64,000 bases of DNA from Octopus vulgaris (Eukaryota): assembly GCA_951406725.2 (NCBI GenBank), contig OX597820.1, forward strand, positions 78,988,001-79,052,000, written 5' to 3'. Under the pieces are notes generated by a model. That model saw nothing but the letters and a program-made list of their open reading frames with translations. It did no database searches and was not told the origin of the DNA. Numbering within the stretch: position 1 is the stretch's first letter; the number at the start of each line of letters is the position of its first letter. The position numbers were made by a program, and so were the translations under genes. Shown here piece after piece: positions 42,506 to 53,325 of this stretch.

Positions 42506-43039
42506 AACAACAAAGAAGATGAGGACAGATATCTGTTAAATGTAAATAATTTAAATAATGTAAATAATGCAGAAATTTGGGCTATAAACAGCTGGTTTAA
42601 ATGTTAAAAGATAAAAAAAAAGGGTTATAATGGTTACCCACTTTGAATAGATAAATTTTGTGTGTACCATTATCAGTGTTGAAATAATAAGCAACTATCA
42701 AAGAATAGGAGCAACACAAAATTCATTTACGGACCAGTTAATAACAGTTAACTCTGGGATCAAAATTATATTCATTTTTAATAAAGAAAAATACCCAGTG
42801 AGAAAAATATGAGGAAGCCTAAATATATAAATTTCAGTTAATTTAGTGGCAACATTTCCTGCTGGAATAAGTAAATCCTATAAAATCAAAAAAATAAATC
42901 AACAAAATTTATAGAGCATGAAGATTAAAGATTTACTTCAGTAAAGACAGAACAAGCTATCAACTGATTCTCTCAAGAAAAATGCTAGGAAAAGAATTAT
43001 CTGTATAAATGAATATCAATTTACATAAAATATAAATAT

Positions 43040-43197
43040 AGGCACAGGCGTGGCTGTGGGGTAAGAAGCTTGCTTCCCAACCACATGGTTCAGGGTTCAG
43101 TCCAACTACATGGCACCTTGGGCCGACCAAAGCCTTGTGAGCGGATTTGGTAGATGGAAACTGAAAGAAGTCCATCATATATATATGTATGTATGTG

Positions 43198-43241
<44 letters not shown>

Positions 43242-43432
43242 TGTGCACCTGTTTGTCCTCCCACCATCGCTGTGTTTACATCCCTGAAACTTAGCAGTCC
43301 AGCAAAAGAGATTTAATAAATAAGTACTAGGCTTACAAAGCATAAGTCCTGGGGTCAATTTCTTTGACTAAAAGGAAGTGCTCCAGCACGGCCACAATCA
43401 AAATGACTGAAACAAGTAAAAGATTAAAAGAA
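43040..43432 (+). mobile_element. SINE family A, tail 1
   Basis: ggcacaggcgtggctgtgg...gaaacaagtaaaag with internal (TA)n. Confidence 0.8.
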
Positions 43433-43461
43433 TATGAAGCAAACTGAATATTTAAAACTGT

Positions 43462-44168
43462 TTAACCCTTTTGACACCAACCTGCATGAGACTACACTTA
43501 AGATTAGAATACAAACTTCTTGGGTTTTAAAGCAGTGATTCTCAACCACTTTTCTGTGCAGGGAGCCTTTTTTATTCCTACTTCACTCTACTGGACCCTC
43601 ATAGCTATTTCATGTATACAAAAAAAAATCCTACTGTATTCTTATATTATAAGGAATTGTGTAAAAAAAAAAAGTGTTAAGATATTTTGTGTATTGCAGA
43701 ATTATAACCAATTTATGGCCCATAAATTGTAACAAAATCTATATGGACCCCTAAGGGTCGTGTGGGCCCCAGTTGAGAACCACTGGCTTACAGTGATCCA
43801 AATTAAAAATTTCATGCAAATTTAAGTTTCAAACACCATCTAAATAATAATTTCAAATTTTTGCCACAAAGGCAGCTTGGGGGAGGGAATTAAGTCGATT
43901 ACATCGACCCCAGTGCTTAACAGGCACTTATTTAATCAACCCCAAAAGGGTGAAAGGCAAAGTCGACTTTGGTGGAATTTTAACTCCGAATGTAGCAACA
44001 GGCGAAATATTGCTAAGCATTTCACCCAGTGTGCTAATGATTCTGCCAGGTGTCTGCCTTAAACACCGTCTAAATAATGACAAAATTATTTTACTAAATT
44101 CTTCGCTATTTTCAAAACTAATTGAATAAAAGAATACTTCAACAAAAATATAGTAATGAAATGGTTAA
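43462..44168. mobile_element. Diverged P1-like MITE interrupted by a hAT MITE and a SINE
   Basis: ttaacccttttgacacc...gtaatgaaatggttaa. Contains cagtg..cactg element 43533-43785 and SINE 43849-44060 with 18-bp TSD aaacacc(a/g)tctaaataat. Confidence 0.7.
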
Positions 44169-45702
44169 AAAAAATATCATTTAAGGATTCAATTGTTTTA
44201 TTGAAAACAAAAGAGAAAAAACATGAAATGTTTTGAAGGAGGAGTATGTTTCATCAATCAATAATTTCATTTTAGTTAATTAGTACACAATTAGTACAAA
44301 GTTTTTCTGCAATTACTAATTTGCTCAACTAACCTGAAATCTATGAAAATCTTTTGATCTGAATAAAACTGTTATTAGCAATATATAACTAAATGACACT
44401 AGCAATATATAATTAATATTTTAGGAACACCTGTTCCTTGACTGATACATAAATTATATATTAATTCTCTGACCTAATTAATGCTTCAATGGCGACAATA
44501 ATCGTTCATTTAGTAGCTTCTTCTAGAAACAAGGGTTTTCTCTGAATGCTTTACAATATGATATGTGGCACTTTAAGCAAGTATGTATCTTTATTATAGC
44601 CCTGGGCTGACCAAAGTCTTGTTAGTGGATTTGGTAGATGAAAATAGAAAGAAACCCATCATCATTTAATGTCTGTTGTCCATAGGTTGGATGGTTTGAC
44701 CAGGGCTGATAAGCTAGAAGGCTGCACCATACTTCAGTCTGATATGGAATGGTTTCTATGGCTGGATGCCCTTCCTAATGCCAACCTCTCCAAGAGTGTA
44801 ATGGGCGCTTTTACATGCCATTTGCATAACACCAATATCTGTCATGACTGCAATTTTACTTGGCTTGATGGGTCAAGCATGACATAATACCAAAGGTCTT
44901 GGTCATTCATCATTGCCTCCATGAGGCCCACCACTCGAAAGGTGCTTTTTACGTGCCACTGACACAGGTATTAGTTATATGACACCAGCATCATATATGC
45001 GTGTAAAAGTAATAATTTAAATGCAGAAAAGTGAAGTCAAATTGACATTACAACTGTTTCCATAAATGGACAATATCTTTCTTCCATATCTCATACAATG
45101 TTATGCAATTCATACATTATGTAACACAAGCCATAATATATGGAAATATGGAATAATAACCCCATTTTCCATTTGTGCCCTCAGATGTCATGATTTGAAG
45201 GCAAGCTCAACCAATACATGTGTGTGTGTGTGTGTGTGCGTGCGCGCACGTGCACACCCTTGTCCAGACATCATGTGATGGTCGTAAACAAGCGGTCATA
45301 CAAGTGAGCCTGTTTCTTTCCAGTCTTCCACAGAAAACATCCAACTGTGAGGGTGGGGGACATTACCTTGCTTAGAAACAAGTGAGGGTTGGTGCGAAGG
45401 GCATCCAGCCATAGAAAATCAGCTTCATCAAAATTCCATCTGATCATGCAAGCAAGGTAAAGCAGCCATTAAATGAGGATGTCAACAGAGTGGTGCTAAT
45501 ATGATAAATGAGAATGCATTGCGTGCATTCTCGAATCATTTACCAAAAAGGTAAACTACAAGAGAAAGTAGCATTGGTGAGTTCTTTGTTGTGGGCACAG
45601 AGGAATCAATGCTTTTGGTGTTACTTTTAAAAGCAAATGTGTGAGAATGAAGGAGTTCTCTGAATGGAAGTATTTAGTAATTGGAATAACTTCAAAGAAA
45701 AT

Positions 45703-46070
45703 ACAGGCATGGCTGTGTGGTAAGAAGCTTGCTTCCCAACCACATGGTTCCAGGTTCAGTCCCACTGTGTGACACTTTGGGCAAGTGTCTTCTAGTATAG
45801 CCTCAGGCTGACCAAAGCCTGAGGCTATACTATACTATATCTATAAACATACAAACACATTTATATGTATGTACTTGTGTCTGTTTGTCCCCCCTCCCCC
45901 ACACCACCACCACCACCATCATGTGACACTGATGTTGATTTGTTTAATCCCCGTAATATAGCGGTTCAGCAAAAGAAATCGATAGAACGAGTCCTGGGGT
46001 CGATTTGTTTGACTAAAGGCGGTGCTCCAGTACGGCTGCAGTCACATGACTGTTACAAACACAAAAGGAT
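45703..46070 (+). mobile_element. SINE family A flanked by ~143-bp direct repeats
   Basis: Family A head and tail; flanks 45560-45702 and 46071-46215 align. Confidence 0.75.
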
Positions 46071-46624
46071 AAGAGAAAGCAGCACTGGTAAGTTCTTTGT
46101 TGTGGGCACAGAAAGATCAAAGCTTTTGGTGTTATTGTTAAAAAAAAAGATGTGTAAGAATGAATGGATTCTCTGAATGATAGCATTTGGTAATTGGAAT
46201 AAATTCAAAGAAAATATATTAATGAAGTCAGATCTTATAAATTTAAGCAAGTAACAGATGTAGTGACATGATACATATATAACATATGTTACTTGTACAA
46301 ACACAGGTGACTAAGTACATTCAAATCAGCTCTTTATGCATCCTATTCAGTGTGGCTGAATAGGTCATTTCACTTGGTAACCATGAGACCCTGGGTTCAA
46401 TCTCATGGAATGGCATTTGGGATAAATGGCTTTTACTCCAACTTTGGATCACCCAGAAGCCCTCCGAGTGAAAATGGGTAGACAGAAGCTGTGTGGAAGC
46501 CTGTCAAATTAATTATTCCTGTAATTTGAGTGTCGAGGCTTTGAAGTATCACACTGTGCCACACAAAGAAAATAGGCACTCAGGACACTGTATAGTGGTT
46601 GGTGTTTGGAAGGTCATCCAGCCA

Positions 46625-46950
46625 TAGAAACCATACCAAAACAGCCCTCCCAGACTGACGCAAATGAGCTAAGGGACAACTGAAGGCATGGCTGGTGACA
46701 GTAAAGGTAGACATGGGAGCACAATCGAGCCCCACCACCCCATGTCTATGATCTTCAGAAGTGGAACCAGGAGCAGGTATTCACTACAGCCTTGATTGTG
46801 ATTGACGGTTGGATGTGGTCAGCATTCGTGAAGGACATGATGAACTTGCTGGTCAAGGCTGGCTCAACCCACACCGTGGTAAATGCAGCTGCATGTACAA
46901 GTAGCAGACACTGGAGATCAACACAGTCCCCAGACAAACGGGAGCGTGTC
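46625..46950 (+). mobile_element. Probable 3' fragment of another RTE-like LINE inserted in a family C tail
   Basis: GC-richer insert with tggtcagcattcgtg..ggctcaaccc..gtacaagta, recalled as an RTE-type terminus; it interrupts the tail between ccataccaaa and gtcaaactgacc. Confidence 0.4.
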
Positions 46951-47683
46951 AAACTGACCAACCCATGCCAGCATAGAACACAAATGTTAAGTGATTATCA
47001 TGATAACTGAGGAATTATTAGCTAATTACATGCAAGTATAATGAACAGGGAATTCAATTAAAACCAACTGAGACACATTCATATGAGGGATACCAATAGA
47101 TTAAATTTTTAAAAAAAAGTACTTTTAGACACTTTTCACTATATTTTATGACCAGATCTTTTTCTAGTCCTGTTAAATCCAACAAAATAATTTCTCCGGG
47201 TATAGGTATGTGGTTTCAGGTTCAAACTCATTGTGTGGACACCTTGGGCAAGTGTCTTCTACTTCAATCCTAGGATGACCAATGCTTTATGAGTGAATTA
47301 AATTGACGGAAACTGTGTGGAAGCCCAGTGCACACGTGTTTGTATGTATGTCTGTGTGAGTATATATACATATATATACACATACAAAGATAGAGTGATG
47401 CAAATAAACAGGATTAGAGATATGTATGGACACAAATAACTAAATATATTCAAGCGATAAACACATGTAGAAGCACATATGTATGTGTGTGTATATATAT
47501 ATATATAGACAAATTTACATTGAGCATAAAAAAGTATGCCTGTGTGCCTCTGTGTGTGTCCCTGTGTCTTTCTCTGTCTCTCTGTACACATACATACATA
47601 AAGAGAGAGAGACAGACAGACAGAGAGATTTATTTTATGCTCAATGTAAATTTATTTATGGCATAAGAGTGGCTATAAAAAAA

Positions 47684-47745
47684 ATCCAGGTCAGCTGATA
47701 TGGAGATAGTGATGCAGATAAACATGACTAGGCTTGATATATAAA

Positions 47746-47782
<37 letters not shown>

Positions 47783-47905
47783 GGTACACATAGATGTGTA
47801 TATGTGTGTGTGTGTGTACCTATACAGTTGTGTGTGTATGTGTTTTATATATCAAACCTAATCACGTTTATCTTCATCACCATCTCCATATCAGCTAACC
47901 TGGAA
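47684..47905. repeat. ~70-bp inverted repeat around a CA/TA/TG microsatellite, inside a SINE-interrupting insertion
   Basis: tccaggtcagctgatatggagat..gatatataaaacaca versus tgtgttttatatatc..atctccatatcagctaacctgga. Confidence 0.85.
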
Positions 47906-48494
47906 TTTAGTCCCCAATAAAGATTCCAGAGTTCAAATCACTTGAGTACAACATTTTCTATATTGGACATCTCTAGCTCTCACCAGACTCTATCTGTGTG
48001 TGTGTATGTGTGTGTGTGTGTGTGTGTGTTTACATAGCTCACCACCACTTGACAACTAGTGTTGGTTTCATTACATCCCCCATAACCTAGCAGTTCATCA
48101 AAAGAAATTGATAGAGTAATTACCAGGCTTTAAAAAAAAAGAAAAAGGGATTGAAGCCAAATTGTTTGACTAAATTCGTCAAGGCAGTACCCACTGTATG
48201 ACTGCAATCCAATGACTGAAACATGTAAAAGATACCTACACAGGTTGTTAGATGAAACACATTTCCTATTTTCAAAATTCTCAATACCCTAGGGAGTTAA
48301 TCTACCTGTACACTGGTGTTCAGATTTCTTTGTCAAATGTAATTCTTACTTATTCCCATTGCTTTGAATTAATCATGTCGCTTCAAGATTTCAATGGGTG
48401 TGTTTGTAAATTCTTAGAATGACATTGTAGGGTAGGTGTGAGATGTTGGATACAGTCAATTTTAACATAAAACCAGTAGATTATTTCAGTCGGA

Positions 48495-48724
48495 TTAACC
48501 CTTCCATTACCAACCTGGCTAAAGCTGGCTCTGAGTACAGAGTACAAATGTCTTATTTTCCTTAGTTTTGAATTAAAATCTTCCACCAAACATTAGTCAC
48601 AATTTATGTTCCTAACACTAGCTGAATGATAACTAAGTTATTTTACTAAATTCTTTGTTGTATTTAAAAGTAACTGAAAGAAACACAGAAAATCTCAAAA
48701 TAAATACAGTAACAAAAGGGTTAA
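48495..48724. mobile_element. TTAA-flanked piggyBac-like MITE P1 nested in a P2 MITE
   Basis: ttaacccttccattacc...gtaacaaaagggttaa, followed by the host end atgttaaaaggttaa. Confidence 0.8.
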
Positions 48725-49053
48725 ATGTTAAAAGGTTAAATGATAAACTAATTATACACTGTTAAAATCATTAAGAAATTCTATTCAGATCAAGGTGCTT
48801 ATATAGATCTCAAGATAGTCGGACTCATAATTACAAAAGAGCTAATTAAGTAAAACTAAGCAAGTAGTTCACGAACATATTTGCTGCAAATTCTTACATA
48901 TTTTGTTTTTGTCTTTATGAATAATGAAATCCTTAAATTAGTAATATAGAGTAATGGCAATTAGCTGTCAGTCATGATACCAGTTAATTACAGTATAACT
49001 TACAACAAATAAAGCTACTTGTTCAATGCTGCTGGAGAGCTATCACAAAATAT

Positions 49054-49585
49054 AGGTGCAGACGTGGCGGTGTGGTAAGAAGCTTTCTTCCCAACCACAT
49101 GGTTCCAGGTTCAGTCCCACTGCATGGCACCTTGGGCAAGTGTCTTCTACTATAGCCTCAGGCCAACCAAAGCCTTGTGAGCGGATTTGGTAGACGGAAA
49201 CTGAAAGAAGCTTGTATATATGTGGGTGTGTGTAGGTGTAAGTGTGTGTACATGTGTGTGCATGTGTTCACATGCATGTGTGCATGTACAAGTGTGTGTG
49301 TGCACACGCATGTATGTGTATGTATGTATGCATGGTGTGTATATATGTGTGCATGCACAAGTGTGTGTGTGTGTATGCATGCATGCTTGTGTATGTCCTC
49401 CCACCATTGCCAGACAACCAATGCTCATGTGTTTATGTCCCCGAAACTTAGCGGTATGGCAAAAAAAGACCAATAGAAAAAGCACTAAGCTTGCAATGAA
49501 TAAAAATCGTGAGATCGATTTCTCCGACTAAAAGGCAGTGCTCCAGCATGGCCACAGTCAAATGACTGAAATGAGTGAGAGAGTA
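49054..49585 (+). mobile_element. SINE family A, tail 1, with expanded compound microsatellite
   Basis: Near-consensus head; about 170 bp of TG/CA-rich repeat; tail 1. Confidence 0.85.
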
Positions 49586-50631
49586 AACAAATATACTTTG
49601 CACTAACAAACTCCAGTTTATGCAAGACCATGTCAACTAGCTGTCAGAAGTGATACCAGTTAATAACAGTGTAACTTACAACAAATAAAGCTACTTGTTC
49701 AATGCTGCTGGAGAACTCTCGACAAAATACAGGCACAGGCATGGCTGTGTGGTAAGAAGCTGACGTACCAACTACATGCTGGAGAGCTATCGACGGAGAT
49801 AACCTTATGCCCCAAATCATAGATGCAATAACAAGGTGATCAATGAAAGTAAAAGTAAAATTATATATTTGTATCTTTTCTCTCATGTTTGTTTTAGTCA
49901 TTGGACTGTAGCCATGCTGGAGCACCACCTTGAAGGGTTTAGCCAAACAAACCAACTCCAGTACTTATCAATTTCTTTTACAAAAGTTATTTATGTGACG
50001 GGAGAAATGTAAACAAACCAACACGGTTGTGAAGCAGTAGGGTGCACAAACACAGACATACACACACATTTCTACAATGGGCTACCATAGTTACCATTTA
50101 TCAAATTCACTTGCCTGAGATGTCACAGGGTTGGTCTGAACCTGAAACCATGTGGTTGCAAATGAGCTTCTTGACAATGCAGCCAAGAATAAAGTCTAAA
50201 ACCAAAGTGTAGAAGACAATTTCTAAATACTAAGTAATAAAAACTATAAATACAGCTATCCAAATGCCAGTACCACTTTGACTGGCTTCCGTGCCAGTGG
50301 CACGTAAAAAGCACCATCTGATCGTGGTCTCCTCTGGCCCCTGTGTCGGTGGCACGTAAAAAGCACCCACTACACTCTTGGAATGGTTGGCATCTAGCTG
50401 TAGAAACACTGCCAGGTCAGATTAGGGCCTGGTGCAGCCTCCTAGCTTCCCAGACCCCAGTCAAACCGTTAAACCATGCCAGCATGAAAAACGGACGTTA
50501 AACGATGATGATATCATGATCATAGTTTAGCCCCAGGTGAAACTTGATGAAGCCAACTGATGTTCAAAGGTAGTTCAGCCATCATTATCCCATCTCCCCA
50601 CCTCAAGTATTTTGGACTGCATCATCTAATA

Positions 50632-51036
50632 CAGGGGTCTCCAAAAGGTCGATATTGACCCCTGGGAATCAATGGAACTATTCAAAGGGTCGATAAATGC
50701 ACATCTACTAAATCATTATCATTTATTTATTTTAAATTGGCAAGCTGGCAGAATTGTTAGCACACTGGACGAAATGCTTAGCAGTATTACGTCTGCCACT
50801 ACATTCCGAGTTCAAAAATCCACCGAGGTCAACTTTGCCTTTCATCCTTTCGGGGTCAATAAATTAAGTACCGGTCAAGTACTGGGGTTGATGTTATTGA
50901 CTATTCTCCTCCCCACAAATTCCAGGCTTTGTGCCTATAGTAGAAAGGATTATTTTCTTGTACATGCCAGGGGAGTCGAAGAGGGGTCAAGGATTCCATG
51001 AAGGTGTTGATGGTCTAAAAAGTTTGGAGACCCCTG
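50632..51036. mobile_element. hAT MITE with nested Deu/Nin-like SINE (~50738-50955)
   Basis: TIR caggggtctccaaa / tttggagacccctg; 8-bp TSD atctaata/atctaatg. Confidence 0.85.
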
Positions 51037-51437
51037 ATCTAATGCGCCCTTCCTCATTTAATACTGTGTGCTGAGGGAAATTTGGCTCTCTTTCTAGCAG
51101 GTTGACTTACCAGAAGCATGTTTCGCAATGACCTGGCAAGACACCTGTCTCTCTTTCCTACTTTAATCTCTCTACACTAGCACAATGCCACCACCCTCAA
51201 TACTGCACCCCAACTTGGTGAAGAGGTCTTGCCTTGCATATTGCTTGGTGACCCAACTAATGCTGGCGCCAAGGATAAAAAAAAACAACCAATATATTCT
51301 GTAAAGTATTTGGTGTTAGGAAGGGCACCCAGCTATAGAAACAGTACAAAGTAGCCAATAGAGACTAACTCAGTCCTCAGGTTAGTCTGATCTCATCAAA
51401 CCATCTGATCCATGTCAGCGTGGAACAGTCATTAAAT

Positions 51438-51895
51438 CATCATCATTGTCATTTAATGTCCGCTTTCCATGCTGGCATGGATTGGACGGTTTGACTGAGG
51501 ACTGGCAAGCCAGGAGGCTGCACCAGGCTCCAATCTGATCTGGTAAAGTTTCTACAGCTGGACGGCCTTCCTAACGCCAACCACTCTGAGAGTGTAGTGG
51601 GCGCTTTTACGTGCCACCGGAACGAGGGCCAGTCAGGCGGTTCTGGCAACGACCATGCTCAAATGCTTTTTCACATGTCACCGGCACATGTGCCAGTAAG
51701 GCGACACTGGCAATGATCATGCTCAAATGGTGCGTTTTACATGTTACTGGCACGGGAGCCAACCAGCAGCCCTAGCAACGATCACACTCGGATGGTACTT
51801 TTAACATTCCACTGGCACAAGTGCCAATCAGGCTGCACTGTCATCAGCCACGTCAGCGATTTTGATTTCAATTTCGTCAACAGGTCTTCGCAAGT
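51438..51895 (-). mobile_element. RTE 3' tail family C (best-preserved; more than 15 copies, e.g. 7915, 24610, 25053, 32550, 32813, 36398, 36812, 41601, 44658, 50265, 63117)
   Basis: catcat..gtccgctttccatgctggcatgg..cttcctaacgccaaccactc plus repeated ggtgctttttacgtgcca modules. Confidence 0.75.
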
Positions 51896-52089
51896 GATAA
51901 AATAAATCAAAGTGTCACCAAAGAAAAAGAATACATTTGATGAGTAGCAATAAGGAAAAGGATATACGGAATTATGACTGCTGATAATTGATGTTACTAA
52001 GATGAAAGAGAACAATTTAGCTTTCCATTCATTTTCTTTGACTCTTACTTATAAAGTAGAAAATGCACACCAAATACAACTGGCACTCC

Positions 52090-52372
52090 ATCAGTTATGA
52101 TAATGAGCATTCCAGACGAGAAATGAACATGCAAGTGGCTAAGCACTCCACACGAGTGTGTGTACAGTTAATTAGTTCTAAGGGAGGTTCAGCATGACCC
52201 GAATGTGACAAGATTGGCCCTTTGAAACACATGTACTTACATTTGCCAGTTGAGTCGACTGGAGTAATGTGAAATAAAGTATCTTGCTTACGGATACAGT
52301 GCACCACCAGGAATCGAACTCATGATTTTATAATCATGAACCAAATACATCAAGCACTAAGCCACGCACCTT
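52090..52372 (-). mobile_element. tRNA-derived SINE, distinct family
   Basis: Minus strand gtggcttagtg (A box), gagttcgattcc (B box), then gcaagatactttatttcac. Confidence 0.65.
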
Positions 52373-52409
52373 ATAAGGATATAAAATGTACAGTATACAC
52401 CGACAGAAA

Positions 52410-52515
52410 TACAAGGGGTGTGAAAAGTTTTGAGCCTTGAAGTCTTGTACCTTCATCAGGAGTCTTGTACCATGTTTTTTCTTTGAGGCTCAAGACTTTT
52501 CATACACCCCTCGTA
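52410..52515. mobile_element. Mariner-type MITE (106 bp)
   Basis: TA-bounded TIRs tacaaggggtgtgaaaagttttgagcct / aggctcaagacttttcatacacccctcgta. Confidence 0.8.
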
Positions 52516-53024
52516 ATTAGATAAAAACAGTGAAGTAGATGTTTTTAAATATCTAACCCTAACCCTGATAAAGTAACAACTACCGAATCTTCAATAAAAC
52601 CCCAGAGAAAGATTTTTATAGATATTTTCCTTCATTATTTGTAATTGAGAAAAAAGGTTAACATTCTCTCCAATAAACCGGATTTTGCCTAAATACCAAT
52701 TTCATGGTTTAAATAAATGGGTTTGCTTTATTTAAGTATCTCAAAAACAGCTCAAATCCACTAGAAAAGTAAATATCTTAACTGGCATTCAGGTGTGTTG
52801 AGTTGAGTCAACTTCTCTTTGTAAATAACTTTTGCTAAGATTTTTGTTCAATGATTAATCAAATCTTTATATTTTCTGAGTTTTGTCATCAAGTATTTTA
52901 AATATAAATCAAATTTATGCAAGTGCTGATTCAGAACAATCTTTTCCTTTAAGAGAATTCTGGTTTTCCTTTCAAGATTCCTTTAAAACTTCATCAATTT
53001 GTTTCATTTAAGACTTGTAATTGC

Positions 53025-53325
53025 ATTGTTGTTTAGTTTCAGGTCAAGCTTGATCTAGCAGGACTCATGTTCTTATTTAGTTTCAGGTCAAGCTTGACTA
53101 GCAAGCCTTTCATTTTTTAGTTTCAGGTCAGGCTTGATCTAACACACTTTGTGTTGTTGTTTAGTTTCAGGTCAGGTTTGAACTAGCAGGCCTCATGTTC
53201 TTATTTAGTTTCAGGTCAAGCTTGATCTATCAGGCCATGTGTTGTTGATTAGTTTCAGGTCAGGCTTGATCTATCAGGCCTTGCCTTGTTTAATTTCAGG
53301 TCAGGCTTGATCTAGCAGGCCTTCA
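53025..53325. repeat. Tandem array of seven ~43-bp units (ttgtttagtttcaggtcaggcttgatctagcaggcc)
   Basis: Directly visible; the unit resembles the end of a dispersed repeat seen at ~3981 and ~50525. Confidence 0.85.

Larger units (their letters stand above)
42106..42569. mobile_element. Palindromic non-autonomous retroelement: tRNA-like head + (AAT)n + hammerhead-bearing Penelope-like terminal repeat, head-to-head
   Basis: About 150-bp inverted arms (42141-42290 vs 42376-42567). Axis palindrome tatgccca|tgggcata at 42289-42304. Flanking direct repeat cagaaattt(a/g)gg at 42094-42105 and 42570-42581. Confidence 0.75.

Noticed and set aside
52044-52075. Possible WW first-half exon end (FYFI then gtaag on the minus strand)
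   Set aside because: Wrong phase for the 27631 acceptor, and no upstream LPxGWE motif or acceptor.
53025-53325. CRISPR-like appearance of the tandem arrays (also 13688-14010 and 22190-22512)
   Set aside because: No unique spacers, the units are degenerate and derive from retroelements, the context is eukaryotic, and there are no cas genes.
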